DNA from: an uncultured bacterium
GTDB lineage: Bacteria > Verrucomicrobiota > Kiritimatiellia > CAIVKH01
Length of the DNA: 64,000 nt
Assembly: GCA_937958885.1 (NCBI GenBank)
Contig: CALGMT010000024.1
Location: forward strand, 41,061 to 105,060
Direction: 5' to 3'
The notes under the pieces were generated by a model. It had not been told where the DNA came from, searched no databases, and worked only from the letters and a program-made list of their open reading frames with translations. The position numbers and the translations under genes were made by a program. The first letter of the stretch is position 1; the number at the start of each line of letters is the position of its first letter. Shown one piece after another: positions 53,392-63,615 of this stretch.

Positions 53392-53805
53392 ATGAGCAAA
53401 GAACTGGAAGAAGGAACCGAACTGATGCTGGATTTCGACAAGCTTGAAAAGGCGGTCGGCCAGTCGAAGGGGATCATCCCCGTCGCGATCCAGCACGCGG
53501 ATACGCGCGAGGTGCTGCTCGTCGCCTACACGAACGAACTCGCGTTCCGCAAGACGATGGAGACGCGCTCGCTCGTCCTCTGGAGCACCTCGCGACGCGA
53601 GCTTTGGGAAAAGGGCAAATCCTCCGGCGAGACGTTCGACGTGGTCGATGCGCGCGTGAACTGCGAGCAGAACTCGCTGCTCTACCTCGTGCGCCCCCGC
53701 CGCGGCAACATCTGCCACACCCGGAATGCCGACGGACGTCCGCGAAACTGCTACTATCGGCGGATCGATTTCCAGACCTTGAAGCTGGAAAATCTCGACC
53801 CGTAG
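53392..53805 (+). CDS. hisI: phosphoribosyl-AMP cyclohydrolase
   Basis: 137 aa. [23 protein letters not shown]...[18 protein letters not shown] pattern. Confidence 0.9.
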   Translation: MSKELEEGTELMLDFDKLEKAVGQSKGIIPVAIQHADTREVLLVAYTNELAFRKTMETRSLVLWSTSRRELWEKGKSSGETFDVVDARVNCEQNSLLYLVRPRRGNICHTRNADGRPRNCYYRRIDFQTLKLENLDP

Positions 53806-53814
53806 CGGCGCGCC

Positions 53815-53870
53815 AAAAAAGTTTTTACAGAGCATGGAAGTTTTAAAAAAAGTTTTTACAGAGCATGGAA
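53815..53870 (+). repeat. tandem direct repeat (period 31 nt) of the AT-rich 25-mer aaaaaagtttttacagagcatggaa
   Basis: Identical copies at 53815-53839 and 53846-53870. Same motif family as 3603-3665. Lies between the hisI stop and the probable trpE start. Confidence 0.7.
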
Positions 53871-53930
53871 ATGTTGGGGTGCGGTCGCCTGGGCGGTTCG
53901 ACCCTGTACGTTGATCCCCGGACCTTCTTT

Positions 53931-55460
53931 ATGCCGTACACCCCCGATAGAGCCGCCTTTCTCCGCAAGGCCGAGCAGGGCAATCTTGTGCCGATCTGGC
54001 GCGAAGCGCTGGCGGATCAGGAGACGCCGGTTTCGGCTTACGAGAAGCTGCGCCGCCATCTGCGCGCGCGGGGCGCCGCGGCGCAGACGTTTTTGCTGGA
54101 GAGCGTCGAGGGCGGCGAGCATGTGGCGCGCTACTCCTTCCTCGGCGGCGGGCCGCACGCGACGTTCGAGAGCCGCGGCGAGCAGTGCGTGATTTCGCAT
54201 GCCGACGGGCGCGTGGAGCGCGCGACCGCCGCGGATCCGCTCGACGCGCTGCGCGCGTTGATGTCGCGCTATCGACCGGTGCCGGACCCTGCGCTGCCGC
54301 GATTTTACGGCGGGGCGGTCGGCTACATCGGGTACGACGCGATCGCGCGGTTTGAACCGCGCGTGCGGCTGGCGGCGAATGTGGTGCTCGACTGGCCGGA
54401 CGTGCTGATGGCGGTCACGGACTTGCTGCTGATATTCGATCACACCCGCCATACGCTCAAGCTGGTGGCGAATGTCCATATCGACGGCGACCCGGCGGCG
54501 GCGTACGACGCGGCGGTCGCGCGGCTCGACGCGTTGGCGGACGCGCTGGCGGAGCCGCTGCCGCATCAGATGCTGGATGTGAAGAATCGCCCGCCGCCCC
54601 TGGAGGCGGCGTCTAATGTCACGCCGGAGGCATTCCGGACCTCGGTGGACCGCGCGAAGGAGTTTATCCGCGCGGGCGATGTGATTCAGGTGGTGCTTTC
54701 GCAGCGGTTCGAGGTGGACTACAGCGGCGATCCGCTCGATGTGTATCGCGCGATTCGTTGCGTGAACCCGTCGCCGTACTTGTATTGCCTCGAATTCGGT
54801 TCGCGCGCGGTGGTGGGTTCGTCTCCGGAGATTCACGTCCGCAATGAAGGAGGCCGCGTGGAGGTCCGCCCCATTGCAGGCACGCGGCCGCGCTCCGACG
54901 ATCCGGCGCGGGACGACGCGCTGGCGGCGGAATTGCTCGCGGATCCGAAAGAGCGGGCCGAGCACATTATGCTCGTGGACCTCGGGCGCAACGACCTCGG
55001 CCGCGTCTGCCGGTTTGGCACGGTCCGGGTGCCGGAGCTGATGGTGATCGAGCGCTACAGCCATGTGATGCATATCGTGTCGGATGTGGTGGGCGAGCTG
55101 GATCCTGCGCACGACGCGTATGATTTGATGCGGGCGACGTTCCCGGCCGGCACGGTGAGCGGCGCGCCGAAGATCCGCGCGATGGAGATCATCGGCGAGT
55201 TGGAGCCCGACCGGCGCGGCCCGTACGCGGGCGCGGTGGGCTATTTCGGCTATTCGGGCAATCTCGATTCCTGCATTACGATCCGCACCGCGCTGCTGGA
55301 CGGACGCAAAGCGTATGTGCAGGCGGGGGCGGGGATCGTCGCGGATTCGGACCCGCAGCGGGAATACGAGGAGACGTGCAACAAGGCGCGCGGCATGCTC
55401 GTGGCCTTGGCGCTGTCGCGCCGGTTCGCCGAGGCGCGCGCGCGGAGGAGCGGCGGATGA
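53931..55460 (+). CDS. trpE: anthranilate synthase component I
   Basis: [20 protein letters not shown] and other chorismate-binding motifs. The N-terminus [23 protein letters not shown] fits TrpE. The track ORF starts at 53865 inside the repeat. Confidence 0.93.
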   Translation: MPYTPDRAAFLRKAEQGNLVPIWREALADQETPVSAYEKLRRHLRARGAAAQTFLLESVEGGEHVARYSFLGGGPHATFESRGEQCVISHADGRVERATAADPLDALRALMSRYRPVPDPALPRFYGGAVGYIGYDAIARFEPRVRLAANVVLDWPDVLMAVTDLLLIFDHTRHTLKLVANVHIDGDPAAAYDAAVARLDALADALAEPLPHQMLDVKNRPPPLEAASNVTPEAFRTSVDRAKEFIRAGDVIQVVLSQRFEVDYSGDPLDVYRAIRCVNPSPYLYCLEFGSRAVVGSSPEIHVRNEGGRVEVRPIAGTRPRSDDPARDDALAAELLADPKERAEHIMLVDLGRNDLGRVCRFGTVRVPELMVIERYSHVMHIVSDVVGELDPAHDAYDLMRATFPAGTVSGAPKIRAMEIIGELEPDRRGPYAGAVGYFGYSGNLDSCITIRTALLDGRKAYVQAGAGIVADSDPQREYEETCNKARGMLVALALSRRFAEARARRSGG

Positions 55461-56020
55461 TCCTCGTCATCGACAACTACGATTCCTTCACGTTCAACCT
55501 CGTCCAGTACTTCGGGGAGCTGGGGGCGGAGCTCAAGATCGTGCGTAACGACCGGGTCACGATCCCGGAGATCGAGGCGATGCGTCCGGAGCGCATCGTG
55601 GTGAGTCCGGGGCCTTGCTCGCCGACTGAAGCCGGCATCTCGTGCGACGCGATCGCGCATTTCGGGCCGCGACTGCCGGTCTTTGGCGTGTGTCTGGGCC
55701 ACCAATGCATGGGGCAGGTCTTCGGCGGCCGCGTGGTGCGCGCGGATCGGTTGATGCACGGAAAAACCTCGCCGATCTTGCACAACGGTGAATCGGTGCT
55801 GAGGGGGATGCCGCGTCCGTTCGATGCGATTCGCTACCACTCGTTGCTAGTGGAGCGCGCATCCTTGCCGCCGGCGCTCAAGATCACCGCGGAGACGGCC
55901 GAGGGAGAAATCATGGGCTTGCAGCATCTCGCGTATCCGATTCACGGCGTTCAATTTCATCCGGAATCGATTCTCACGCAGGACGGCAAGCGGATTCTCC
56001 GCAATTTCCTGGAGTTGTAG
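55457..56020 (+). CDS. trpG: anthranilate synthase component II (glutamine amidotransferase)
   Basis: ATG 55457 overlaps the trp[29 protein letters not shown] (catalytic Cys) and RYHSL motifs. Confidence 0.92.
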   Translation: MILVIDNYDSFTFNLVQYFGELGAELKIVRNDRVTIPEIEAMRPERIVVSPGPCSPTEAGISCDAIAHFGPRLPVFGVCLGHQCMGQVFGGRVVRADRLMHGKTSPILHNGESVLRGMPRPFDAIRYHSLLVERASLPPALKITAETAEGEIMGLQHLAYPIHGVQFHPESILTQDGKRILRNFLEL

Positions 56021-56073
56021 GCAGGGATTCCAGTTTGCGCGCGCGCGCGGGATGGCATAGGTTCTTATCCGGC

Positions 56074-57162
56074 ATGGACGAGCACCGCGATATTTACACG
56101 AAACCGGCGGCGAAGCCGGAAGATAAGGCGCCCGCGCTGCCCGCGCCTGAGCCGGCGCCTGCGGATTTGCGGGCGATGACCCGGCGCCGCACGACCTATT
56201 CGATGGCGCTGATGATCCTGCTCCTGGCCGGCGCTGCGCTGTATTTCTTTTTCGAGGAACAGGGCCGGAAGGACGATGAAGATTCGATGGATGTCCCGCG
56301 AACCGGGCGGGGCGCCCGGACGGCGACCGTGGCCTCCATTCCGGTCGCGCCCACAGACGAACTCGCGATTGCGCTCGATCAGCCGCCGCGCCAGGTGCCC
56401 GCCGATATGCCGCCCCAGCGCCTCGCGGAGGTGATGGCCCTCCTGCGCGACGCGAACTCGCTGATGTCGAACAAGGATTGGGATGCGGCGGAGTCCCGCA
56501 TCCGGCAGGTCCTCTCGATGTGGCCGGATATGAATACCGCGCTGCGCATGCTCGGCGCGCTGTATATTCAGCGCGGCCAATTCGACCAGGCCATCATTAT
56601 TCTGGAGCGCGCGCTGCAGGCAGACCCGTTCAACGTCGACACGTTCGTAAATCTCGCGATCGCGCACATGCAGCGGGGGCGCTTGGAGCGCGCGGAGGAC
56701 TTGCTGTTGACCGCAGTGCAAATTCGCCCTGACATCGCCGTTTCGCATATCAACATCGGGCTGTTGTATATCCTGTGGGGCCGGTACGACCAGGCGGCGG
56801 AGCATCTGCAAATCGCGGTGCAGCGAATGCCGGACAACCCGAGCGTTCGGAACAACCTTGGTGTTGCGCTCCTTCGCCTCGGGCGGCACATCGAGGCGCG
56901 CGAGCATTTTCGGCATTTGATCAACCGGCAGCCCGATCGCGCGGAGACCTATTTCAACGCCGCGATCACGTATGTGTTGGACCGCGATTTTGAAGAGGCG
57001 ATGTCGATGCTGCGCCAGGGGGCGTCCCGCTGCTCGCCGGTGGATGCGCGCCGTCATTTGATGGATAGCGATTTCGACTCGATCCGGGATCTGCCCGAGT
57101 TCCGTACCTTATGGAGCGAATTGACGGATCCTCGCGTGTTTCAGCCGCAGCCGTCTTCATGA
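56074..57162 (+). CDS. membrane-anchored tetratricopeptide repeat (TPR) protein
   Basis: One TM helix (YSMALMILLLAGAALYFFF), followed by about six TPR-like 34-aa units. The track start at 56035 is a TTG. Confidence 0.7.
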   Translation: MDEHRDIYTKPAAKPEDKAPALPAPEPAPADLRAMTRRRTTYSMALMILLLAGAALYFFFEEQGRKDDEDSMDVPRTGRGARTATVASIPVAPTDELAIALDQPPRQVPADMPPQRLAEVMALLRDANSLMSNKDWDAAESRIRQVLSMWPDMNTALRMLGALYIQRGQFDQAIIILERALQADPFNVDTFVNLAIAHMQRGRLERAEDLLLTAVQIRPDIAVSHINIGLLYILWGRYDQAAEHLQIAVQRMPDNPSVRNNLGVALLRLGRHIEAREHFRHLINRQPDRAETYFNAAITYVLDRDFEEAMSMLRQGASRCSPVDARRHLMDSDFDSIRDLPEFRTLWSELTDPRVFQPQPSS

Positions 57163-57180
57163 CCGCGGGGAGCCGAACAC

Positions 57181-57939
57181 ATGTTGGAATCTGAATTGCG
57201 CGCGCTGCTGGCGGATGTGGCCGCGGGTCGGATCGATCCCGATCGCGCTTTCCGCGCGATCGAGCAAGCAGGCGAACGCGCCCATAGCTTTGCCCGCATC
57301 GACACCGATCGCCCGCGTCGCACCGGCATGCCCGAGGTGATCTACTGTCCGGGCAAGACCGCCGAGCAGATCGTGCAGATCATGAAAACCTTGCATGACG
57401 CTGGGCAGCATGTGCTGGCGACGCGCGCGACGCCGGAACAGGCCGCCGCCGTGAAGATGGCGCATCCGGAGGTGGATTATCATCCGATCGCGCGCGCGCT
57501 CACCTGGCAGGCGGGTCTGCGCCCCGAGCCGGTCGGCGGCGTCGGTGTGGTGTGCGCGGGCACGGCGGACCTGCCGGTCGCCGAAGAGGCGGCATTGACG
57601 GCGGAATGGATGGGCGCAAAGGTCGCGCGTATTGCCGATGTCGGCGTCGCCGGTCTGCATCGATTGCTGCGCCATCTATCCGTGCTCCGGGAACAGCGCG
57701 CGCTGGTGGTCGTCGCGGGCATGGAGGGCGCGCTGCCCTCGGTTGTCGGCGGACTTGTGCACCGCCCGATCGTGGCGGTGCCGACGAGCGTCGGATACGG
57801 CATGAACCTCGGAGGCGTGGCCGCGCTGCTGGCCATGTTGAACTCATGCGCGCCTGGCATCACGGTGGTGAATGTGGACAATGGATTTGGCGCAGGCGTC
57901 GCAGCCGCAACGATCAATCGGGTGGGGGAACCGGCATGA
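57181..57939 (+). CDS. larB: nickel-pincer cofactor biosynthesis protein LarB (PurE-like NaAD carboxylase/hydrolase)
   Basis: 252 aa. AIR-carboxylase fold pattern VGVVCAGTADLPVAEEA...VVAGMEGALPSVVGGL...VAVPTSVGYG. Confidence 0.8.
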   Translation: MLESELRALLADVAAGRIDPDRAFRAIEQAGERAHSFARIDTDRPRRTGMPEVIYCPGKTAEQIVQIMKTLHDAGQHVLATRATPEQAAAVKMAHPEVDYHPIARALTWQAGLRPEPVGGVGVVCAGTADLPVAEEAALTAEWMGAKVARIADVGVAGLHRLLRHLSVLREQRALVVVAGMEGALPSVVGGLVHRPIVAVPTSVGYGMNLGGVAALLAMLNSCAPGITVVNVDNGFGAGVAAATINRVGEPA

Positions 57940-59180
57940 ACGTCCTCGCATTCGACAGCATCGGGGGCGCAAGCGGCGACATGATTCTCGGCGCGTTGAT
58001 CGATTTGGGGGTCGATCCCGCGGCGCTGGAGCGCGACCTGCAATCGCTGGGCGCCGGTCCGTTTCATCTGCAGGTGGAACGCGGATTATCGGCGCACCTC
58101 GCGGGCGCGCGCGTAACCGTTCAGGCGGAGAGCGCCCGTCACGATCATGCGCACGATCATGCACACAGCGATCATCATCACGACGCGGCGGCGTCTCACC
58201 GCGGCCTTGCGGAAATCGAAGCGATGATCCGGGGAAGCGCGCTTCCGGACGCGGTGAAGAATCAGGCCATCCGGGTTTTTCGACGGATTGGCGAGGTCGA
58301 GGCGCGGATGCACGGCACGAGCGTGGAGCAGATTCATTTCCACGAAATCGGGGCTGTGGATTCGATTATCGACATTGTCGGGTCCTGCCTTGCGCTTCAT
58401 CGGCTCGGCGTTGATGCCGTTGCGGTCGGCCCGTTGCCGATGGGCCGCGGTGTGATCCGTTGCGCGCACGGCGTATTCCCGAATCCGGCCCCGGCGACGA
58501 TCGAGCTATTGCGCGGGATGCCGATCGAACAGACAGAGGCGCCCTTCGAGCTGGTCACGCCGACCGGCGCTGCGCTGCTGGCCGAGTGGCGGTCGATCGA
58601 CCGCCCGCCCCCCGGCGCGGCGATCGCGCGCGTGGGTTACGGACTGGGACAACGCGATCTCGGCGATCGGCCCAACCTGTTGCGCGCCGCATTGCTGGAG
58701 TGGTCTGAGCAGACCGAGTCGGACGCGTGCCTCGTGCTGGAGACCAATCTCGACGACGCGACGCCTGAGTTGGTGGGTGTTTTGGCGCAGCGATTGATGG
58801 CGGCGGGCGCGCTCGATGTGTTCACGCTGCCCGCCCAAATGAAGAAGCAGCGGCCCGGCGTCTTGCTGACTGTGTTGTGCCGGATTGCGGATCGCGAGCG
58901 GATGCTCGATCTGATCTTTCGCGAGAGCACCACGTTCGGCGTGCGCGAGACCACAGCCCGCCGGACGGTGTTGGCTCGCCGTGTGGTTCGGGTACAGACC
59001 CCGTACGGCGAGGTTGGAGTGAAGATCGGCGTCTGGCGTGGTGAAGATATCGTTCGCGCGCCGGAGATGGATGACTGCATTCGCCGTGCAACGGAGCATG
59101 GCGTTTCAGTTCGCGCGGTCTACGAGGCGGCACAGCGCGCATTCGCGGTGTCATCGCGACGCGACGGGCCTGCAGGATGA
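57936..59180 (+). CDS. larC: nickel insertion protein LarC (DUF111 family)
   Basis: ATG 57936 overlaps the larB TGA. N-terminal FDSIGGASGDMILGALIDLG. His-rich stretch HDHAHDHAHSDHHHD. Confidence 0.85.
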   Translation: MNVLAFDSIGGASGDMILGALIDLGVDPAALERDLQSLGAGPFHLQVERGLSAHLAGARVTVQAESARHDHAHDHAHSDHHHDAAASHRGLAEIEAMIRGSALPDAVKNQAIRVFRRIGEVEARMHGTSVEQIHFHEIGAVDSIIDIVGSCLALHRLGVDAVAVGPLPMGRGVIRCAHGVFPNPAPATIELLRGMPIEQTEAPFELVTPTGAALLAEWRSIDRPPPGAAIARVGYGLGQRDLGDRPNLLRAALLEWSEQTESDACLVLETNLDDATPELVGVLAQRLMAAGALDVFTLPAQMKKQRPGVLLTVLCRIADRERMLDLIFRESTTFGVRETTARRTVLARRVVRVQTPYGEVGVKIGVWRGEDIVRAPEMDDCIRRATEHGVSVRAVYEAAQRAFAVSSRRDGPAG

Positions 59181-59270
59181 TAAGGTTGTCCAGCGGGTAA
59201 GATTGAGTCATTCGATCCCGCATCAATCGCGCGAGCTGAATCTGCAGAACCCCACCCCCCGCTACGCGGA

Positions 59271-59347
59271 CCCCTACATTGGAGGGGTGCCCGAAGGGGG
59301 TAAATCCACGACAAGGCGCCCGAAGGGCGGGGCGGGTTTATTCCGCC
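59271..59347 (+). repeat. REP-like GC-rich hairpin element (locus c) between convergent larC and nadK
   Basis: cccctacattggaggggtgcccgaaggggg at 59271-59300. ggcgcccgaagggcggggcgggtttattccgcc at 59316-59347, ~90% identical to 6429-6460. Confidence 0.6.
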
Positions 59348-59363
59348 AGTTCGCTTCCACGCG

Positions 59364-60224
59364 CTAAACGCTCGATCCGCGCCATTGCAACTTCTGGCGC
59401 AGAACGCTGAAATAACTGTAGTCGGGCAGGTGAATAAACTGCACGCCGCGCGGGTCGCGCCGGACCGCCAGCCGATCGCCCTGCCGAATCGCAAGCTCCT
59501 CCTGCCCGTCCACCGAAAGGAGCAGCGGGCGCGCCGCCGCGCGAACGGTGAGGGTAAGATTTGCGCTATCGGGAAGTACCAATGGGCGCGCGCTTAGCGT
59601 GTGCGGGCAGATGACGTTCAACAACAGGACGGCAGCCTCGGGATGAATGATCGGACCGCCGGCCGAAAGGGAATGGCCAGTGGAGCCCGTCGGTGTCGAA
59701 ATCACCAGCCCGTCGCATCGATACGATGCGATGCGGTCGCCGCCGAGATCCGCGTCGATGGTGATGATGCGCGAGGATCGGCCCCAGCCGAGCACTACGT
59801 CATTTAATGCCGCGAACAACCCCAAGCGCGCGCGCCCGCGCGAGACGGCGCACGAGATGGTGCTCCGGGTGGACAGTGAGTAAGCGCCTTCCGCCAAACG
59901 TTCAAGAGCGCCCTCCAGTTCTGATGCCGTGATGCTGGTGAGAAACCCGAGCGCGCCGAGGTTCACGCCCAAAATCGGAATATTTGTGTGTTTCAAGACG
60001 TGCGCCGCATGCAGAAGCGTGCCGTCGCCGCCCAGCGCGATCAGCGCGTCGATGCGCCGCCGAAGCGATGATTCGGGCACCCTGCGCGCCGCCGGCAGGC
60101 GGCGGGCGGTATCGCCGGCGGCGATGAGTCGCATGCCAAGGGCCGACGCCTTGCGGGCCAGCCGGTCCAGCACGTCGCGGGCTTCAGGCTTGCTGCAATT
60201 CGCGATGACGCCGATGCGTTTCAT
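59364..60224 (-). CDS. nadK: NAD+ kinase
   Basis: GGDGTLL motif. ATG at 60224 overlaps the tlyA TGA (ATGA). The track start at 60236 is a TTG. Confidence 0.9.
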   Translation of the reverse strand: MKRIGVIANCSKPEARDVLDRLARKASALGMRLIAAGDTARRLPAARRVPESSLRRRIDALIALGGDGTLLHAAHVLKHTNIPILGVNLGALGFLTSITASELEGALERLAEGAYSLSTRSTISCAVSRGRARLGLFAALNDVVLGWGRSSRIITIDADLGGDRIASYRCDGLVISTPTGSTGHSLSAGGPIIHPEAAVLLLNVICPHTLSARPLVLPDSANLTLTVRAAARPLLLSVDGQEELAIRQGDRLAVRRDPRGVQFIHLPDYSYFSVLRQKLQWRGSSV

Positions 60225-60952
60225 GACTTGGTCCAATACGCCAAAAATTCAATATTACCAGCCGGTCCGCGCAATGGCGATTCGATAACGCCTTGCCAGA
60301 CAAGCCCGAGTTGCTCGCCGCATGCGCGCACCTCCTCCGCGACACGACGGTGCACTTCGGCATCGCGGACAACACCGCCTCGCTCGACATCCGCCCGCCC
60401 GGCCTCGAACTGCGGTTTGATGAGGGTGATGAGCCGTCCGCCGGTGGGCAGAATTTGCGCGATCGGCGGCAATAATAGTTTCAGCGAGATAAACGACGCA
60501 TCGATCACGGCCACGTCCGGTGTTTCGGGAAGATCGGCGGCGGTCAGATTGCGCGCATTGACGCCCTCCATCGATATCACGCGCGGGTCGGACGCGAGCC
60601 GCGGATGCAGTTGACCGCGCCCCACATCCACCGCGTACACGCGCGCCGCGCCGCGCTGGAGCAGGCAATCCGTGAAGCCTCCCGTCGACGCGCCGATGTC
60701 GAGGCATATCGCGCCTCGGATATCCGGTTTCCAGCGCTCAAGCGCGGCAAGCAGTTTTTCTCCTCCCCGCCCGACAAAACGCTCCTGCGCTGCGATGGAA
60801 AGCGCCGCGTCTGGATCGACGCTGTGTCCGGGTTTCGCCAGCGGATGACCGTTGACGGATACCTTGCCGGCCAGAATGAGGCGTTGCGCCTTCTCGCGAC
60901 TTTCCGCCAGACCCCGCGCGACCACGAGTTGATCGAGGCGAGGACGTTTCAT
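60221..60952 (-). CDS. tlyA: TlyA-family rRNA 2'-O-methyltransferase
   Basis: 243 aa. N-terminal S4 domain (RLDQLVVARGLAESREKAQRLILAGKVSVNG). FtsJ SAM motif LDIGASTGGFTD. Confidence 0.9.
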   Translation of the reverse strand: MKRPRLDQLVVARGLAESREKAQRLILAGKVSVNGHPLAKPGHSVDPDAALSIAAQERFVGRGGEKLLAALERWKPDIRGAICLDIGASTGGFTDCLLQRGAARVYAVDVGRGQLHPRLASDPRVISMEGVNARNLTAADLPETPDVAVIDASFISLKLLLPPIAQILPTGGRLITLIKPQFEAGRADVERGGVVRDAEVHRRVAEEVRACGEQLGLVWQGVIESPLRGPAGNIEFLAYWTKS

Positions 60953-60965
60953 GCGGGGAGAGCGC

Positions 60966-62024
60966 TCACTTTTCGGTGAAGAGAACGGCGGGTGCAGGCA
61001 TCGACTCAGTGGTGACGTCCGCGGCGACGGTAGTCTTGCCGCGCGCGACGCGAATATGCACCGTTTCGCCCGCCGTGCGGTTCATAATAAGGCGCTGGAC
61101 CTCGCGCGCCTCGCGCACGTCCGAGCCGTCCACCGCGCGTATCAGGTCGCCCGCCTGCAAGCCCGCGCGTGCGGCGGGGCTTTGCGGAAGGACTCGGCCG
61201 ATCCGAACGCCCTCTGGGGATTCCTCCATCACGATGCCGATCCACGGGCGGCTCCACCGGCCGTCTTTGATGATGGCGTTAGCCACGTTCAGCGCGAGAT
61301 TCGCCGGTATGGCGAAACTGATGCCGATGTTTCCCTCGGAAAATCCGGCGGTCTGGATCATTGTATTGATGCCGACCCACTTGCCGTCAAAGTCCACGAG
61401 GGGACCGCCGCTGTTGCCGCGGTTCACGGCGGCGTCGGTCTGAATGAAATCCTCGTACGGCAGCGCGCCGATCGAACGGCCTTTTTGGCTCACGATGCCG
61501 AGGGTGACGCTGCTGCGCAGGCTGAAGGGTGATCCGATGGCCATCACAAATTCGCCGACGCGCAGCGCATCGGAATCGCCCGCCTCGAGAAATGGGAATT
61601 CTTTACGAGTTGCATCCTCGATCCGCAGCACCGCCAGATCGGTTTGCGGGTCCTCGCCAACGAGCAGGGCGGTGTACTTGCTGCCGTCGTGGAGCACGAC
61701 CTCGATCTGCGCGGCGCCATCGATGACATGGCGGTTGGTCAGGATGAAGCCGTCCCGGCTGATGATAACGCCGGAGCCCATGCCGGCCAACCTCTCCGGA
61801 ATGCGATACATCCGTCCGAAGAACCAGTCTTGCGCGATTCGATAGCGCATCGCTTCCGTGCGAACAACCACAACCGCCGGCATCACACGCTCGACAATGT
61901 CGGCTACAGCGTTGCCCATGGCCTTCGCCGCGCCGGGTGAAACCGCGCATGTCTCATGAGCCGAGGGGAGCGCCAGAAGCAGCGCCGTGATTGTCGCATG
62001 CAGGATTATCGGCTTCATCGTCAC
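60966..62024 (-). CDS. HtrA/DegP-family trypsin-like serine protease with one PDZ domain
   Basis: Catalytic His (TNRHV), Asp (DLAVL) and Ser (GNSGGPL) motifs. C-terminal PDZ domain. Signal peptide present. Confidence 0.88.
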   Translation of the reverse strand: MTMKPIILHATITALLLALPSAHETCAVSPGAAKAMGNAVADIVERVMPAVVVVRTEAMRYRIAQDWFFGRMYRIPERLAGMGSGVIISRDGFILTNRHVIDGAAQIEVVLHDGSKYTALLVGEDPQTDLAVLRIEDATRKEFPFLEAGDSDALRVGEFVMAIGSPFSLRSSVTLGIVSQKGRSIGALPYEDFIQTDAAVNRGNSGGPLVDFDGKWVGINTMIQTAGFSEGNIGISFAIPANLALNVANAIIKDGRWSRPWIGIVMEESPEGVRIGRVLPQSPAARAGLQAGDLIRAVDGSDVREAREVQRLIMNRTAGETVHIRVARGKTTVAADVTTESMPAPAVLFTEK

Positions 62025-62055
62025 GAATCGAATGACACTGTAGATCGAAAAATGT

Positions 62056-62322
62056 TCAAGTATGCTCGCCGTCGGACGCGGGGGCGAAGGGTTCGGTGGC
62101 GGTCTGGCCGTCCTGTTTCAGCAGCTTTTCGACCCTCTTTTCCACCTCGTTCAACTTCCTGTCGCAGAGTTTGGCCAACTCGGAACCTTCCTCGAAGCAC
62201 TTCATCATCTGATCGAGGGTTAAGGTACCGCTTTCCATTTGTTTCACAAGGGCTTCAAGACGCGCGAGCGCTTGCTCGAAGTCGGGTTCCTCCGGCGTTT
62301 TTTTTGTTTCGCGTGCAGTCAT
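62056..62322 (-). CDS. xseB: exodeoxyribonuclease VII small subunit
   Basis: 88 aa. FEQALARLEALVKQMESGTLTLDQMMKCFEEG pattern. 4-nt overlap with xseA. Confidence 0.9.
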   Translation of the reverse strand: MTARETKKTPEEPDFEQALARLEALVKQMESGTLTLDQMMKCFEEGSELAKLCDRKLNEVEKRVEKLLKQDGQTATEPFAPASDGEHT

Positions 62323-63614
62323 GGGGATCCTCCCGGTTGGGAAAGGGTTTCAGAGAGCAGCTCGCCTTTCGCGAGCAGGGTGCGAATCCGCGCGCCGGCG
62401 GGGACCTCCGCGGCATCGGTCAAGGCGCGGCCGTCAACGCTGAAGGTGACGCTGTATCCCCGGTTGAGCACGGCGCGCGGGTTCAGGTTGCGCAGGCTTT
62501 GCCGCGCGGCGTCGAGGCGATGGCGCGCGCGCTGCGAGCGCAACTGCACCCCGTGGGCGAGACGGATTCCCGCCTCGTCGGCGCGTTGCCGGCGCTGGAT
62601 AACGGCGGATTCGAGCGCGCGTCTGGCGTTTTCGCGGGCGCGCGCAACGCGCTCCCGATGACGAGCGAGCAGATGAGCGGGTTCGCGGAACACATAGCTG
62701 CGGGCCGCGCGAAGGTAACGATTCCGCAACAGCAACGCCTGTCCGCGCAGGGCGTGCGCGAGGCGGCGGCGATAGACCGCAATAAGCTCTTCGAAGTCCT
62801 TTTTGGGGCGTACAACCAGTTCCGCGGCGGCGGAAGGGGTGGGGGCCCGCACGTCGGCGACAAAATCGGAAATGGTGAAGTCCGTATCGTGGCCGACCGC
62901 GGAAATAACCGGTATCGAGGATCGGGCTATAGCGCGCGCGACGATCTCTTCATTGAATGCCCAAAGATCCTCCAGGCTCCCGCCGCCGCGCGCGACGATG
63001 ATGACATCCACATCGCCGCGCGCGTTAAGCAAATCGATGGCGGCGGCGATCTCTTCCGCTGCGCCCGCGCCCTGCACGCGGACGGGCGCCAGGAGTATAT
63101 GGCGGTCGGGAAATCGACGACCCAACACATTCAGGATGTCGCGGATGACCGCGCCCGCCGGCGAGGTCACGATGCCGATGGTGCGCGGCAGCATCGGCAA
63201 CGGACGCTTGCGCGCGGGATCGAACAGGCCCTCGGCGGTGAGCTTGGCTTTCAAGGCCTCAAACGCCTTCTGCAAATCGCCCTGCCCGGCATCCTCGACT
63301 CGACGCACAATGAGTTGGTACTGACCGCGCTGTTCATACACGCTGATCTCGCCCCAGACGCGCAATTTTGCGCCGTCTTTCACGGGGATTTTGCAGGAGG
63401 CCGCCGCCCCGCGGAAAAGGACGGCGGAAATCTGTGCAGTTTCGTCCTTCAACGTGAAGTAGAGGTGGCCGGAGGGGTAGATGCGGGCGTTGGACACCTC
63501 GCCTTCAACCCATACCGCGCCTATATCCGACTCCAAGAGGGATTTGATCCGCCGCGTGAGTTCGGCCACGCGATAGACCCTTCGCTTCGAGAGGCCGACG
63601 GGGGCGTCATCCAT
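62319..63614 (-). CDS. xseA: exodeoxyribonuclease VII large subunit
   Basis: OB-fold N-terminus (YRVAELTRRIKSLLESDIGAVWVEGEVSN). RGGGSLEDLWAFNEE motif. Probable ATG at 63614, 1 nt after the upstream stop. Confidence 0.92.
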   Translation of the reverse strand: MDDAPVGLSKRRVYRVAELTRRIKSLLESDIGAVWVEGEVSNARIYPSGHLYFTLKDETAQISAVLFRGAAASCKIPVKDGAKLRVWGEISVYEQRGQYQLIVRRVEDAGQGDLQKAFEALKAKLTAEGLFDPARKRPLPMLPRTIGIVTSPAGAVIRDILNVLGRRFPDRHILLAPVRVQGAGAAEEIAAAIDLLNARGDVDVIIVARGGGSLEDLWAFNEEIVARAIARSSIPVISAVGHDTDFTISDFVADVRAPTPSAAAELVVRPKKDFEELIAVYRRRLAHALRGQALLLRNRYLRAARSYVFREPAHLLARHRERVARARENARRALESAVIQRRQRADEAGIRLAHGVQLRSQRARHRLDAARQSLRNLNPRAVLNRGYSVTFSVDGRALTDAAEVPAGARIRTLLAKGELLSETLSQPGGSP

Positions 63615-63615
63615 G

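Noticed and set aside
53865-53930. The track start of trpE at ATG 53865, giving an N-terminal extension MEMLGCGRLGGSTLYVDPRTFF.
   Set aside because: That ATG lies inside the 25-mer repeat, and the extension is not TrpE-like. ATG 53931 gives a typical TrpE N-terminus.
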